From Phormidesmis sp. (GTDB taxonomy: Bacteria > Cyanobacteriota > Cyanobacteriia > Leptolyngbyales > Leptolyngbyaceae): 64,000 nt of DNA. The notes beneath the pieces are model-generated. The model was not told the origin of the DNA, searched no databases, and saw only the letters and a program-made list of their open reading frames with translations. This document shows, in pieces, positions 47,101-56,067 of the stretch. The DNA lies in the NCBI GenBank assembly GCA_965248535.1, contig CBDFJR010000005.1:448001-512000 (forward strand). Direction: 5' to 3'. Each line of letters begins with the position of its first letter. Position 1 is the stretch's first letter. The position numbers and the translations under genes are program-made.

Positions 47101-49384
47101 CTAACACCCGTCGCAGGTTAGAATAATTTCCCCACATACTCAGGGCTGGGTAGGGGTGAACGACATTGGTGTTAGTCGGCGCGAGGGGAAACACCCCATC
47201 TGGGTCGCCCGCGAAATTAGCCAGGTTTTGCAGGGCAGTCCGCAGAGGGCTGCTCGCCGTGTTCATCGCACTCGCAAACTGAGCCGCACTGCCACTAGGA
47301 GCCGAAAACTCCCACCCATTGGTGCCTTGCCCTGTAAAGAAATTAGATTGCAGCAGGGGCAACTTGTTGCCTGCCGCCCCATCCGCAAACTGAGTCGGCT
47401 GAAAGTTGATCGACTGATAAAGAGTTGAAAGCGTGCCAGGATGAACCGTGCTGGTCATACAAGCGACCGGATAATCTTGATCCTTGGCTGAGTGGTAAAC
47501 AGCCGTTGCCTGCACGGCCGATAGATTATCTCTGAGAGTGCGGCGCTGTAGGTCTAGATGCTTCAATTTTTGGCCATCTGCATCTGTCTTGCTGATTGGG
47601 TAAGGCGCGATCGTCGGCGGATAAAGCGGATCACCTTCTCGCTCGTCAGTTGAGGCAATATTGCCTGATCCTAAAACCTCCACATAATCGGGGTTAGTAG
47701 TTCCTCCATTAGGGGTCACCCAAGTATTGAGGTTGCCTAGCTCTAGCCGTTCACCCACCAAAATTCGTAAGCCCTGGTTTCTGGCTCGACGCTCCCAATA
47801 GCCGTCTAAACCGACAGCGCTTCCCGTGCTTCCGGGGGCGTTGTCATCCTTCAAGGTCAGAATTAAATTTTCAGTGCTGACAGGAATCTCCTTACCCATG
47901 TCTCCGACGGGCACCTGCCTAGCATCGTCGCCTGTGCCATATTTGGGCTTAGGGCCCCAGCGATCGTCGGCGCGATACAAGTCATCGACATAAGGCTTGT
48001 CTTGAGTCTTTGAGATGATGCGATCGGCTAACCCTGGGGTTTTTAAGTTCGACCAGTTGTCTGGGTTGCCCGCAGCTTTGTCAGACCGATATTGATAGTC
48101 ATCTTTGACCAGAATCGCGGTGGGATCGATCGAAACATCGTAAGGAGTAAACCCACTAGCCGCAGAGTCAGTGCTGCTGTCTAAAGGCTTTGCCCCACCG
48201 ATGGGGTTGGTGCCATAGATGTAGATGTTGGCGCTACCACTGTTCTGGTTGTCTCCCATCTTGCCCGCGATCACCGAACCCTTAAAAGTAGGCGAATCAG
48301 TGACTGTGATCCCAGAGTTGTCAGCAGGGCTATAGAGACACGACGAAGGAGCGCTAATCAAGTGAGCAGTGAAGCTGGTGCCCCCCAGCAGCAGGCTGCC
48401 CTCAGTGTGCATTGCCCCGTTCCAGTTAAAGGGCGGGCCTGGGAAGACCTCTAGATCGTTACGGAACCAAGCACCCCACTTATTGCCTCGATTGAGTTGA
48501 CGGTCTTGATGAAACTCTAGAGTCACCGCCGTTGAATTTGCCTGATCGGGGATGACCATCGCATCCACCTGAAAGTTTTTCCGAAGAATCGACGTGTTGC
48601 CCCCTCGATCCTCAAACCATCCATTTTCAGCACCGCCAGCACCAGAACCGCACTTAACCGCGTTTGACTCTTTACTCAGCGGGCCGTGCCGAACGAATAA
48701 CTGCTTTGCTTTGTCTGTGTCTGATAGCGTCAGTAAAAGCTCTTGGGGGTTTTTGGTCTTGTCTTTTGCATCAATGGGGCTGCTGAAAATAACGGAGTAA
48801 ATGACGGTTGCGTCTGACGTGCCATCTCCGTTGGTGTCGGTGCGGAACGACCAAGCATTATCTTTTCTGCCGTCGCTATTTAAGTCAACTCGATTTTCGT
48901 CGGGCAGTTGATAAGGATCGATGGAAGCGCCACTTTGATCTTTAGTTAACAACTGGGCAAAGGTTGCTCCTGTCGAGTCTTTGCCATCGTTGAGCAGCAT
49001 CGATAGCAGGCGACCCTCGTTAGGCACACCACCGGGGTAGCGGTTTTCTTTAGAGGCATCAAACAAAAACTCTAGCTTGGAGCGGGCCCGATCGATGGCC
49101 GGGGTCGCCGCGTTATAGATGATGCGCTGCTGATTTTGCCCGATCACCTGAGCGTTGCGATTATAAGCTCGGTAGGTCAGCGCTCCGACGGTGAGCGTGA
49201 CGACCAAAACCAGCAAGACGGTCGTTGGCAAAACAAAGCCAGAGTTGGCAAGCCTGGCCCCTCGATTGTTTTTTAAGGCACTTCGGAGAAGCCAATTAAC
49301 TAGCCCCTTGGTCACAGTTTGGTGAAGCTTCCCAATAGCGCGGAAGAGACCCTGAATTGCTTTAGCGAGTTTGCGATTTGACAT
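44171..49384 (-). CDS. hpsA: Hormogonium polysaccharide / motility protein HpsA (giant pilin-like protein)
   Basis: GFVLPT prepilin-like TM, NAATPAIDRARSK, NKWGAWFRNDLE, GYWERRA, YGGLHNFPRFLE.W, Y.AP.RLWGYDVGL; followed by pseudopilins. Confidence 0.88.
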   Translation of the reverse strand: MSNRKLAKAIQGLFRAIGKLHQTVTKGLVNWLLRSALKNNRGARLANSGFVLPTTVLLVLVVTLTVGALTYRAYNRNAQVIGQNQQRIIYNAATPAIDRARSKLEFLFDASKENRYPGGVPNEGRLLSMLLNDGKDSTGATFAQLLTKDQSGASIDPYQLPDENRVDLNSDGRKDNAWSFRTDTNGDGTSDATVIYSVIFSSPIDAKDKTKNPQELLLTLSDTDKAKQLFVRHGPLSKESNAVKCGSGAGGAENGWFEDRGGNTSILRKNFQVDAMVIPDQANSTAVTLEFHQDRQLNRGNKWGAWFRNDLEVFPGPPFNWNGAMHTEGSLLLGGTSFTAHLISAPSSCLYSPADNSGITVTDSPTFKGSVIAGKMGDNQNSGSANIYIYGTNPIGGAKPLDSSTDSAASGFTPYDVSIDPTAILVKDDYQYRSDKAAGNPDNWSNLKTPGLADRIISKTQDKPYVDDLYRADDRWGPKPKYGTGDDARQVPVGDMGKEIPVSTENLILTLKDDNAPGSTGSAVGLDGYWERRARNQGLRILVGERLELGNLNTWVTPNGGTTNPDYVEVLGSGNIASTDEREGDPLYPPTIAPYPISKTDADGQKLKHLDLQRRTLRDNLSAVQATAVYHSAKDQDYPVACMTSTVHPGTLSTLYQSINFQPTQFADGAAGNKLPLLQSNFFTGQGTNGWEFSAPSGSAAQFASAMNTASSPLRTALQNLANFAGDPDGVFPLAPTNTNVVHPYPALSMWGNYSNLRRVLGKLTAGTAYADLSIADKTYLQTASCTIGVLAYNIDQIQRFDPTNVKNDYDYVGNNTTVLTQLAKTLQDLMDGDELNGEVVPKGQLASREYDPSSARTGINGLNKGTDYADVPPEAWIGALKQKILKEENIPKFPYQEALAKTLNDSRVRMAELIMLKYQIRRDRAFGFRSSPAFGSYVGRASGTGSNGSLIEYTLPSACNPDDFKFAALPNDPGKTGPAAGAGTNEGRYRLALSRLCGAIDTTNYNPDVPAKMAWVLPKFPALYYIFPEKDHGLAGALEPATGVGLPGIPLYDHRQPGSVLKSAVLAALTPADILASSDSRAVSDQEPYVKDSYVAGATVNGGVTFKVVGSSPLPRTPDSLLNVSPATPTAAAASTTPVLSSYPYAATTPFPVPDYTLGSDIALTPQPLSSWKLPYTTPKTTDVAPVSGGPNISPNLIVSTDGTTKIAVPFLDRAFLDGRQVMLTRSMDIDLGMLRSSGVTGTTDVWLPESGIVYAFREDAVREDAITRPVGTDTDLRNPAKPTDPPFKSGISPKAVDYRPDPERRTHGFRLRNGSELKRKDSLLEASKNIRGLSFFTDQPVFIQGDFNLHQDGSEDTAGKRLEEFTQQLPDTQLYNESQFYNRTTTNYDNFSAPLKDRWRPSEVLADSIGVLSSDFCDGSIADTFVIPDLSKTAANPIADFSLLGSDDANRSNPRAQYGDPTKSGLFGPGCTGNGYTSFHNRDIARKALPITTNVSWDWVRENSSNATLPQRNANAAANYWADFTSPIKISRAGQPLIQAPQPTGVNTSQPALPRPVVYGTKYTDGYYPIGESNDRTLLMSAKQTRVNTIVVSGIVPSRKGQSYGGLHNFPRFLESWSNTPLNFSGSFLQLSFSNYGTAPFELEAWEIGDPVDLTKENLHYYNAPNRLWGYDVGLQLSPAGPAATRFVTSSKSRNEFYTEPPVNDAYISLLCKAAKTITDKKFGPNDPTKVNCPS

Positions 49385-49898
49385 AGCTGCTGTTTTTGCA
49401 GAAAAAGTGCGAGTTCAGAAATCCAGTCTTTAATCAATCGAGGGGCGATCGCGGGAGAAAATCATATTCAAAATCTTAGAGCAGGCAATAGACCTAATCT
49501 GGGGTCAATTCTTAACTGCTGTCGAGTTGACCAATGATTTAGAGGAGTTGATCAAAACTCCTTAGAAAATTGGCTCGTCTTTATTAGTGTCTTGATAAGG
49601 TGAGGAGATCGTCAACCGAGAACCTACGCGCTTAACTGGTCGATCGGGCTGGAGCGCCTTCAAACGAATTTTACGGCTTTTGATCATGACGAGCGAAAGA
49701 TTCAGACGCGCATGAGTTTGAACTAGATGACAACCCTTCATGAAGGGCGTTACTTTGCAGACATCATACAAGCCTGAATTTGGTTTTTAAAGTTTCCGTG
49801 AGGTTGGGATGGAACAATATTACCCACGACGCTCGAAAGAGCCATCATTTTGCAAAAAATATTTTAATGACTAGATTCATAATCCTGAAAATACAGCA

Positions 49899-49933
49899 AA
49901 GCTAGGGTGATTGATGGTCTATCACCCTAGCTT
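49899..49933 (-). terminator. Probable intrinsic terminator downstream of rpmB
   Basis: Perfect 13-bp stem AAGCTAGGGTGAT / ATCACCCTAGCTT, 20 bp after the rpmB stop. Confidence 0.65.
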
Positions 49934-49952
49934 CATTGAGAAGATTTTTTGT

Positions 49953-50189
49953 CTATAGACGGCTTAAGTCAATCCCAGCTTCTTTAGCGAAAGTGCTGAG
50001 GCTCTTTAGTTCTAGAGTTTTAATTGCCTTAGTAGAAAGGCGCAACTTGATCCAGCGCTTGCCTTCTGCCCACCAAACCCGCTTCCACTGTAAGTTAACT
50101 TCCTGTAATTTTTTGGTGCGGCGGTGCGAGTGGGAGACAGCCATGCCATTGTTTGCCTGTTTTCCCGTCAGTTGACATTTGCGTGACAT
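49953..50189 (-). CDS. rpmB: 50S ribosomal protein L28
   Basis: [34 protein letters not shown]. Confidence 0.96.
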   Translation of the reverse strand: MSRKCQLTGKQANNGMAVSHSHRRTKKLQEVNLQWKRVWWAEGKRWIKLRLSTKAIKTLELKSLSTFAKEAGIDLSRL

Positions 50190-50271
50190 ATTAACGTCTC
50201 CGAGTGCTTTGATTGCGATTTCGTGCAGTTCTTCATTGTATACATACCGGGGGCTAGCTAAGAAGAAAAAA

Positions 50272-51540
50272 CTAAGCCGCCGCCGCAGTGAGGGCCCGAT
50301 CGACCGATTGCAACGCCCGATCGACCTCTTCACTAGTGACAATCAGCGGCGGCACAAAGCGCAGCACTTTGGGGCCCGCAGGCACTAACAGAACACCCTC
50401 AAGCATGGCCACTTTGACAATATCGCCTGAAGTTAGGGCAACATCTTCGGCTAGCTCCATGCCGTTGATCAAGCCCCAGCCGCGCACATCAGCCACCAGA
50501 CTCGGAAACTTTTTGGCTAGATTTTGTAGACCTGCTCGAAGCTGTTCGCCGCGATCGCGCACATTTTCCAAAATATTCTCTTCCTCCAACGTGTGGCAAA
50601 CCGCCAAAGCCACAGCGCAGGCAAAAGGGTTGCCGCCAAAGGTGCTGGCGTGATCTCCTGGTTTAAACACGTCGCAGAACGACTTGCAGAGCAGGGCCCC
50701 GATCGGGATGCCACCGCCTAAGCCCTTCGCAGAGGTGAAGACATCTGGTTCGATGCCCAAATTCTCATAGCCCCAGAGGTGCCCGGTGCGCCCCATACCG
50801 ACCTGCACTTCATCCATCATCAACAAGATTCCGGTTTGATCGCAGATCTCACGAACTCGTTTGAAATAAGCAAGATCACCCGGACGCACCCCGCCTTCGC
50901 CTTGAAGACCTTCTAATAAAATGGCGGCAACCTGGCGCTGGTCGCGATCGAGGTCAGCAATAGTTGCTTCAAGGGCTGCAATGTCGTTGTAGGGGACGTA
51001 GTGAAACCCAGACACCAGCGGCGTAAAGTTTTTCTGATATTTGGGCTGCCCGGTGGCCGTGACCGTAGCCAGGGTGCGACCGTGAAAGCTGGCGTGAGCC
51101 GTTAAGATGATGGGATTCTCAATGTTGAGAACCGTGTGGGCATATTTTCGGGCTAGCTTAATCGCGCCCTCATTGGCTTCTGCACCAGAATTGCAGAAAA
51201 AAGCGCGATCGGCGCAAGAGTGCTCGACCAGCCACTTGGCCAGCTCACCCTGTTGGGGAATGTAGTAAAGATTAGAGACGTGGTGTAAGGTTTGAATCTG
51301 CCGGGTGACGGCTGCAACCATTGCAGGGTGAGCATGGCCCAGCGTGCAGGTGGCGATTCCGGCCACAAAATCGAGATATTCACGCCCCTGATCATCCCAC
51401 ACTCGACAGCCTGACCCTCGCTCTAACGTTAGGGGAAAACGTCCGTAAGTGGTCATCACATAATCATCAAACTCAGCCTGGCTAAACGGTGCGGCGAGTG
51501 AAGGAATTGTGGCAGGGCTAACGAGGGTTTCTGGACTCAC
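50272..51540 (-). CDS. argD: Acetylornithine aminotransferase
   Basis: [42 protein letters not shown]. Confidence 0.93.
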   Translation of the reverse strand: MSPETLVSPATIPSLAAPFSQAEFDDYVMTTYGRFPLTLERGSGCRVWDDQGREYLDFVAGIATCTLGHAHPAMVAAVTRQIQTLHHVSNLYYIPQQGELAKWLVEHSCADRAFFCNSGAEANEGAIKLARKYAHTVLNIENPIILTAHASFHGRTLATVTATGQPKYQKNFTPLVSGFHYVPYNDIAALEATIADLDRDQRQVAAILLEGLQGEGGVRPGDLAYFKRVREICDQTGILLMMDEVQVGMGRTGHLWGYENLGIEPDVFTSAKGLGGGIPIGALLCKSFCDVFKPGDHASTFGGNPFACAVALAVCHTLEEENILENVRDRGEQLRAGLQNLAKKFPSLVADVRGWGLINGMELAEDVALTSGDIVKVAMLEGVLLVPAGPKVLRFVPPLIVTSEEVDRALQSVDRALTAAAA

Positions 51541-51700
51541 AGATTTAATCCTTAAAGGCGAGGGGGAACTGGTGAAAACAGGAAGCGTGATTTGAGTTCT
51601 AATCAGTAGAACCTTTGCTCAGTTTAGTTGAAGAACCTCAGAAGCGGAAACGGTTTGTTGGGAATTGATGACGTTTGAGGAGTGGTGAGGGTGCAGGGCA

Positions 51701-53287
51701 ATGTTAAAAATTTTGGCATTAGTGGACAGCGATCAGGGGCACTTTGCCGAACTGGTCACCGTTTTGATTATTTTGCTTTTGGTGGCCACGATCGTGGCTT
51801 TATTATCTCGTCGTCTGCGGGTGCCCTATGTCAGTGGACTGGTGGTAGCAGGGTTGGTGATTTCAGAAGTGCTGCCCCGCCGCATTGGGCTAGATTCTTC
51901 GTTAATCATCAATTTGTTTTTGCCGATTCTGCTGTTTGAAGCGTCTATTAACACCGACATCAGCCGCCTGCGAAGCACTTTAAAGCCGATTTTGCTGTTA
52001 GCGGGGCCCGGCGTGGTGATCTCCTGTGGGGTGACGGCGCTGTGTCTGAAGTTTGGGCTGAGGTTAGAGTGGGTGCCCGCGCTGTTGGTCGGCGTGATTT
52101 TGGCTATCACCGATACGGTTTCAGTGATCGCCGTGTTTAAAGAAGTCTCGGTGCCGTCGCGACTGATTACGATCGTAGAAGGAGAAAGCCTGTTTAACGA
52201 TGGGATCGCCCTAGTGCTGTTTAGCCTGATTCTCAAGTTTTATCGCACGGGATCGGTCACGGTGGGAGCAGGCTTAAAAGAACTGCTGATCGTGATTGTG
52301 GGAGGTCTGATCGTGGGATTAGTGCTGGGCTATCTGGGGATCGGGCTATATGTGCGATCGGAAGACGACCCTCTCAGCAGCATCTTGCTCACTGTCGCGA
52401 TCGCTCTCAGTGCTTTTCAGATTGGTCAGTTTGTTGGCGTGTCAGGAGTTGTGGCCGTCGTGGTGGCAGGGTTGGTGATTGGCAATTTAGAACTGTCTCG
52501 CAGCGTCTCCGCCTCCAGCCGCATCACCGTTTTGAGCTTCTGGGAATATGCCGGATTTGGCGTAAACACGTTTATTTTTTTGTTGATTGGGCTAGAGATC
52601 AATCTGCCGACGTTAGGCAGAACGCTACCTGCGGTTTTGCTCGCCGTTCTCGCTTATCAGACGGGGCGGTTTCTCTCGGTTTATCCGCTCTTAGCGATCG
52701 TGGGCAAGTTCGATCGCACGATTCCCTTTCGGTGGCAGCACGTTCTCTTTTTGGGCAACATTAAGGGATCGCTGTCAATGGCGCTGGCGTTGAGTTTGCC
52801 GACGAGTCTGGCTCGGCGAGAAGATCTGATCGCGATCGTGTTTGGAACCGTGCTGTTATCGCTGGTTGGTCAAGGAGTCAGTCTCCCCTGGCTAGTCGGA
52901 CGGCTGAAACTGTCTCACACCTCAGAGTCACAACAGTGGATTGAAGGACTGCAATCTCAACTGATGACGGCAAAAGCGGCACAGGAGGAACTTGACACGC
53001 TGCTCAAAGGCGGCGTTGTGCCAAAGTCAATCTATGAAGAGATGCGATCGAGCTATCAAATTCGGGTGGCAGCGGCCGAGCGATCGCTGCGAGACTTTTA
53101 TAATCGCCGCTCAGACAAACCTACCAGCATTGACCATGCTCACTTTGATGCCGTGCGGCGGCGATTGCTGCTCGCCGAAAAAAACGCTCTCAACGATGCT
53201 CTCCGCAAGCGAATCTTGTCAGAAGAAGTGGTCAGGGCGCGGTTGAAAACCATTGACGAGCGGCTATTGGGGCTAGACGACGACTGA
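51701..53287 (+). CDS. CPA1 family Na+/H+ antiporter (NhaP-like)
   Basis: FLPILLF, AITDTVSV, EGESLFNDG, C-terminal cytoplasmic helical tail. Confidence 0.9.
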   Translation: MLKILALVDSDQGHFAELVTVLIILLLVATIVALLSRRLRVPYVSGLVVAGLVISEVLPRRIGLDSSLIINLFLPILLFEASINTDISRLRSTLKPILLLAGPGVVISCGVTALCLKFGLRLEWVPALLVGVILAITDTVSVIAVFKEVSVPSRLITIVEGESLFNDGIALVLFSLILKFYRTGSVTVGAGLKELLIVIVGGLIVGLVLGYLGIGLYVRSEDDPLSSILLTVAIALSAFQIGQFVGVSGVVAVVVAGLVIGNLELSRSVSASSRITVLSFWEYAGFGVNTFIFLLIGLEINLPTLGRTLPAVLLAVLAYQTGRFLSVYPLLAIVGKFDRTIPFRWQHVLFLGNIKGSLSMALALSLPTSLARREDLIAIVFGTVLLSLVGQGVSLPWLVGRLKLSHTSESQQWIEGLQSQLMTAKAAQEELDTLLKGGVVPKSIYEEMRSSYQIRVAAAERSLRDFYNRRSDKPTSIDHAHFDAVRRRLLLAEKNALNDALRKRILSEEVVRARLKTIDERLLGLDDD

Positions 53288-53288
53288 A

Positions 53289-53966
53289 TCAGACGCACTT
53301 TTGAATGAAATTGATCATCTGGTGCATGACTCCGGGCTTGGTGGCGATCAGCACCGTCGATTCTGGCTCTAAGACCGTGCTGCCGTTGGGGATCGCTAGA
53401 TCCATGTGAGCGTGGGGCTGATAGCCAATAATCAGTGAGCCGCTGGGGAACTTGGGATCTTGAGCCACCTCAGCAACACTGCGCCCCACGACATTGCAGT
53501 TGGCCGAAATCGAGAGCTTGACGACCTCGATCTGACCTTGCTCAAAGTGCATCATCGATTCCACTTCGGGATATTCGATCACGTTGACCATGGTCGAAAC
53601 GGCTAGCTCGATCGCGTTGATCACATGAGTCGCCCCCGCAAACCGATAGGGTTCGGCAAAGTCTCGATGCCGCATTCTCACAGCAATATGGGGCACTCCG
53701 TAGTGATTAGCTAGCGTCACCATTGCCAGGTTGAGCGCGTCGTCTCGCAGCACCGCAGCTAAGGCATCTGCTTTACGAATTCCGGCTTCTATGAGAATTT
53801 CGGTGCTAACCGCGCTGCCTTCAAAGGCCATCACTCCTAGCTGCTCTCGCGCATAGCGACAGGCAGCCGGATTAATATCGATCAGCGCAACCGTGTGCCC
53901 TAAATCGACTAACCGCTGGGCCAAACTGAGTCCGATTAGCCCGGCACCCCCGATCAATACATACAT
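53289..53966 (-). CDS. TrkA/KtrA-family RCK protein
   Basis: IGGAGLIG Rossmann motif (RCK_N) plus IPNGST (RCK_C). Confidence 0.88.
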   Translation of the reverse strand: MYVLIGGAGLIGLSLAQRLVDLGHTVALIDINPAACRYAREQLGVMAFEGSAVSTEILIEAGIRKADALAAVLRDDALNLAMVTLANHYGVPHIAVRMRHRDFAEPYRFAGATHVINAIELAVSTMVNVIEYPEVESMMHFEQGQIEVVKLSISANCNVVGRSVAEVAQDPKFPSGSLIIGYQPHAHMDLAIPNGSTVLEPESTVLIATKPGVMHQMINFIQKCV

Positions 53967-54699
53967 GGCGATCGCTCCAAAAAATTCTCGCTGCCTCTCT
54001 CTATAGGTTAAGAGAGTTCAAGAAAATCGCTGCGCCACGGCTGTTCCTAATTCAACCAGAGAGCGCTAGCCGGAACGTCTCGGGCTGCAATGCTCCGGTT
54101 GGCATCCGGGATGAAAGCAGCCGCTCAAAAAACTTTGCTTGTAGAGAAAAATCAAGTGCTTCCCGGAATAAAGAAAAATTCTTCTGTAGAAAGCTATGTT
54201 CTACATCTCCACAGATTGATATGAGTAAACAAAGCAACTCCTCGAAACAGACTGTCAAGCCAGGTTTTTTTGCTGGAAAAACATTCCATGTATCGTCGGT
54301 ACTGCTGTCGGTACTGTTTATGGAGTCCTCATGATTGTATCAATTGCAATCAGCCAGTATTGGTTGGATAGGCACACCTGCTGTTAATCCAAAAGTTATA
54401 GAAATAAAAGAGTCGGATGAGACTACATTGAAAGACAAGTAGATCGATCCTACGGAAGATTTTTTAACCAATTCTTCAAAGGCTGTGTGACATTCTTGGG
54501 CTTGAGCTTCATCACAGCAGGCGATGCAGGCATAGACGAAATCACCATACAACTATGCCCAAAAGAAATGTTTTTTCAAATAAGGTTGTTGATGTAGTCA
54601 TAAGGCTCATAGGTAAACTTGTATGTCAGCTAGATAAGCCGGAAGTTAAAGAAAATCTAGCCACACTTGATGAATATCGTTACAACATCTACCTAGCGC

Positions 54700-55170
54700 G
54701 ATGCTTATTTCTGCTTGGAGAGGTATGAAGATCTCAGCGTACTGGTCGAAAACCACCCCGAAGACCCCAAAGACGGACTTGGTAATGCTTTCGAGCCAAG
54801 AAATAAGGGAAGGTAGCCAACAAAAAGCGAGTAACCTATATAAAAAGGCTCTTGAGGCTTATAAATCGGCATCTGCCCTTGAGCCTCACCATGTCCTTAC
54901 ACATATTAAAGGATTTGTGCTTAGAAAATTAGGCGAGACCAATGATAAAGGTCTTGAGAATGGCATTAAAAGTTTTGATGTCGCCCTTACGATTGAACCT
55001 AATGATTACAGAGCTTGGTATAACAAAGCCTGTTACTACGCAGCCCTGAGTGATCCGCCTGAAGAAAGCATTTGAGCTTACTCCGTTACGATGTAGAGAT
55101 TTAGTTGTAAAAGAGAAAGACAGTAACAAGATTAGAGACACGCGCCTGGTTCAAAAATCGCTCGGTAGTA
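54700..55170 (+). pseudogene. Frameshifted TPR protein remnant in an AT-rich patch
   Basis: ...FDVALTIEPNDYRAWYNKACYYA in one frame continues as IRLKKAFELTP...KIRD in another frame. Confidence 0.6.
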
Positions 55171-55254
55171 TAAGAACGAGTCGTGAGTGCCGCAGCCATA
55201 GCGTAATGATGCCTCGAAAGACTTATGCCTAATTAACCCGCACTGGCAGGAATC

Positions 55255-55423
55255 GCGGTTGCGTGCGACCCAGCCTTCTGATTTTTGGGTAGCGGTGAGT
55301 CAAAGGCGGCAGACATTCTTGTGCCTGAGTCTCATCACAGCAGGCAATGCAGGCATAGAGAATTCCTGATGGATCGACTTGTTCGTTTACCCAAATAGCC
55401 ACGATCGTTGCCTCGCTTTCCAC
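55255..55423 (-). pseudogene. Decayed small conserved cyanobacterial gene (IWVNEQ.DPSG..YACIACCDE.QAQEC...LT..QK..GWVA)
   Basis: The N-terminal frame breaks after ...QAQEC, and LTATQKSEGWVAR appears in a different frame; a second partial copy lies at 54466-54545. Confidence 0.6.
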
Positions 55424-55483
55424 TAGATCTCTGCTCTGGTTTTACAAGATGGAAGACTCTCGACCCAAATTAGCCACAGTGTT

Positions 55484-55972
55484 TTAATCATTCTGCGCCA
55501 TTGAAGACAAAGCCTCGCCTGTGACTCGACAGGTTCGCCAATCGGGAAGAACCGTGGCTCCCATGCGCTTATAGAACCCGATCGCGGGTTCGTTCCAGTC
55601 TAAGACGCTCCATTCTAATCGCCCACAGCCGCGATCGACCGCTATTTGCGCCAGACGAGTCAACAACGCCTTGCCAATATTTTGCCCCCGATAGTCAGGC
55701 AGCACGAATAAATCTTCTAAATAAATGCCGGGCTTAGTCAAAAACGTGGAGTAGTTGTGCAAGAAAAGCGCAAACCCAACCACCTGTCCGTCACGATCAG
55801 CCACGATCGCTTCTATATAAGGTCGAGAACCAAATAAATGATCGGCAAGCTGGTCAGGGCTGCCAGTCACAGCGTCTGATAAGTTCTCATACTTCGCCAA
55901 GGCTTGGATTAGCGAAAAAATCGCCGGGACATCCGCAGGAATTGCAGACCGAAGATTGAAGGAAGAATTCAT
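55484..55972 (-). CDS. GNAT N-acetyltransferase (diamine acetyltransferase-like)
   Basis: NYSTFL.KPGIYLEDLFV.PDYRG..IG, EWSVLDWNEPAI.FY. Confidence 0.9.
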   Translation of the reverse strand: MNSSFNLRSAIPADVPAIFSLIQALAKYENLSDAVTGSPDQLADHLFGSRPYIEAIVADRDGQVVGFALFLHNYSTFLTKPGIYLEDLFVLPDYRGQNIGKALLTRLAQIAVDRGCGRLEWSVLDWNEPAIGFYKRMGATVLPDWRTCRVTGEALSSMAQND

Positions 55973-56049
55973 AGCAAAATTTGGACTTCAGACTTTAGAT
56001 TTTAGAGCGAACTCTCACCTAAAACCCAAAACCCAAAATCCAAATTGCT
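55973..56049. repeat. Inverted pair of heptamer tandem repeats (STRR-like) forming a long hairpin downstream of sigC
   Basis: TTTGGAC TTCAGAC TTTAGAT TTTAG opposite CTAAAAC CCAAAAC CCAAAAT CCAAA. Confidence 0.6.
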
Positions 56050-56067
56050 CAAACTACAGAGGTTTGT

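Noticed and set aside
49953..50342. 129-aa extended L28
   Set aside because: The upstream extension overlaps argD; the conserved L28 begins at MSRKC (50189)
54052..54552. Short minus-strand ORFs in the AT-rich patch
   Set aside because: Apart from the YACIACC fragment they show no recognisable protein features and are probably decayed sequence
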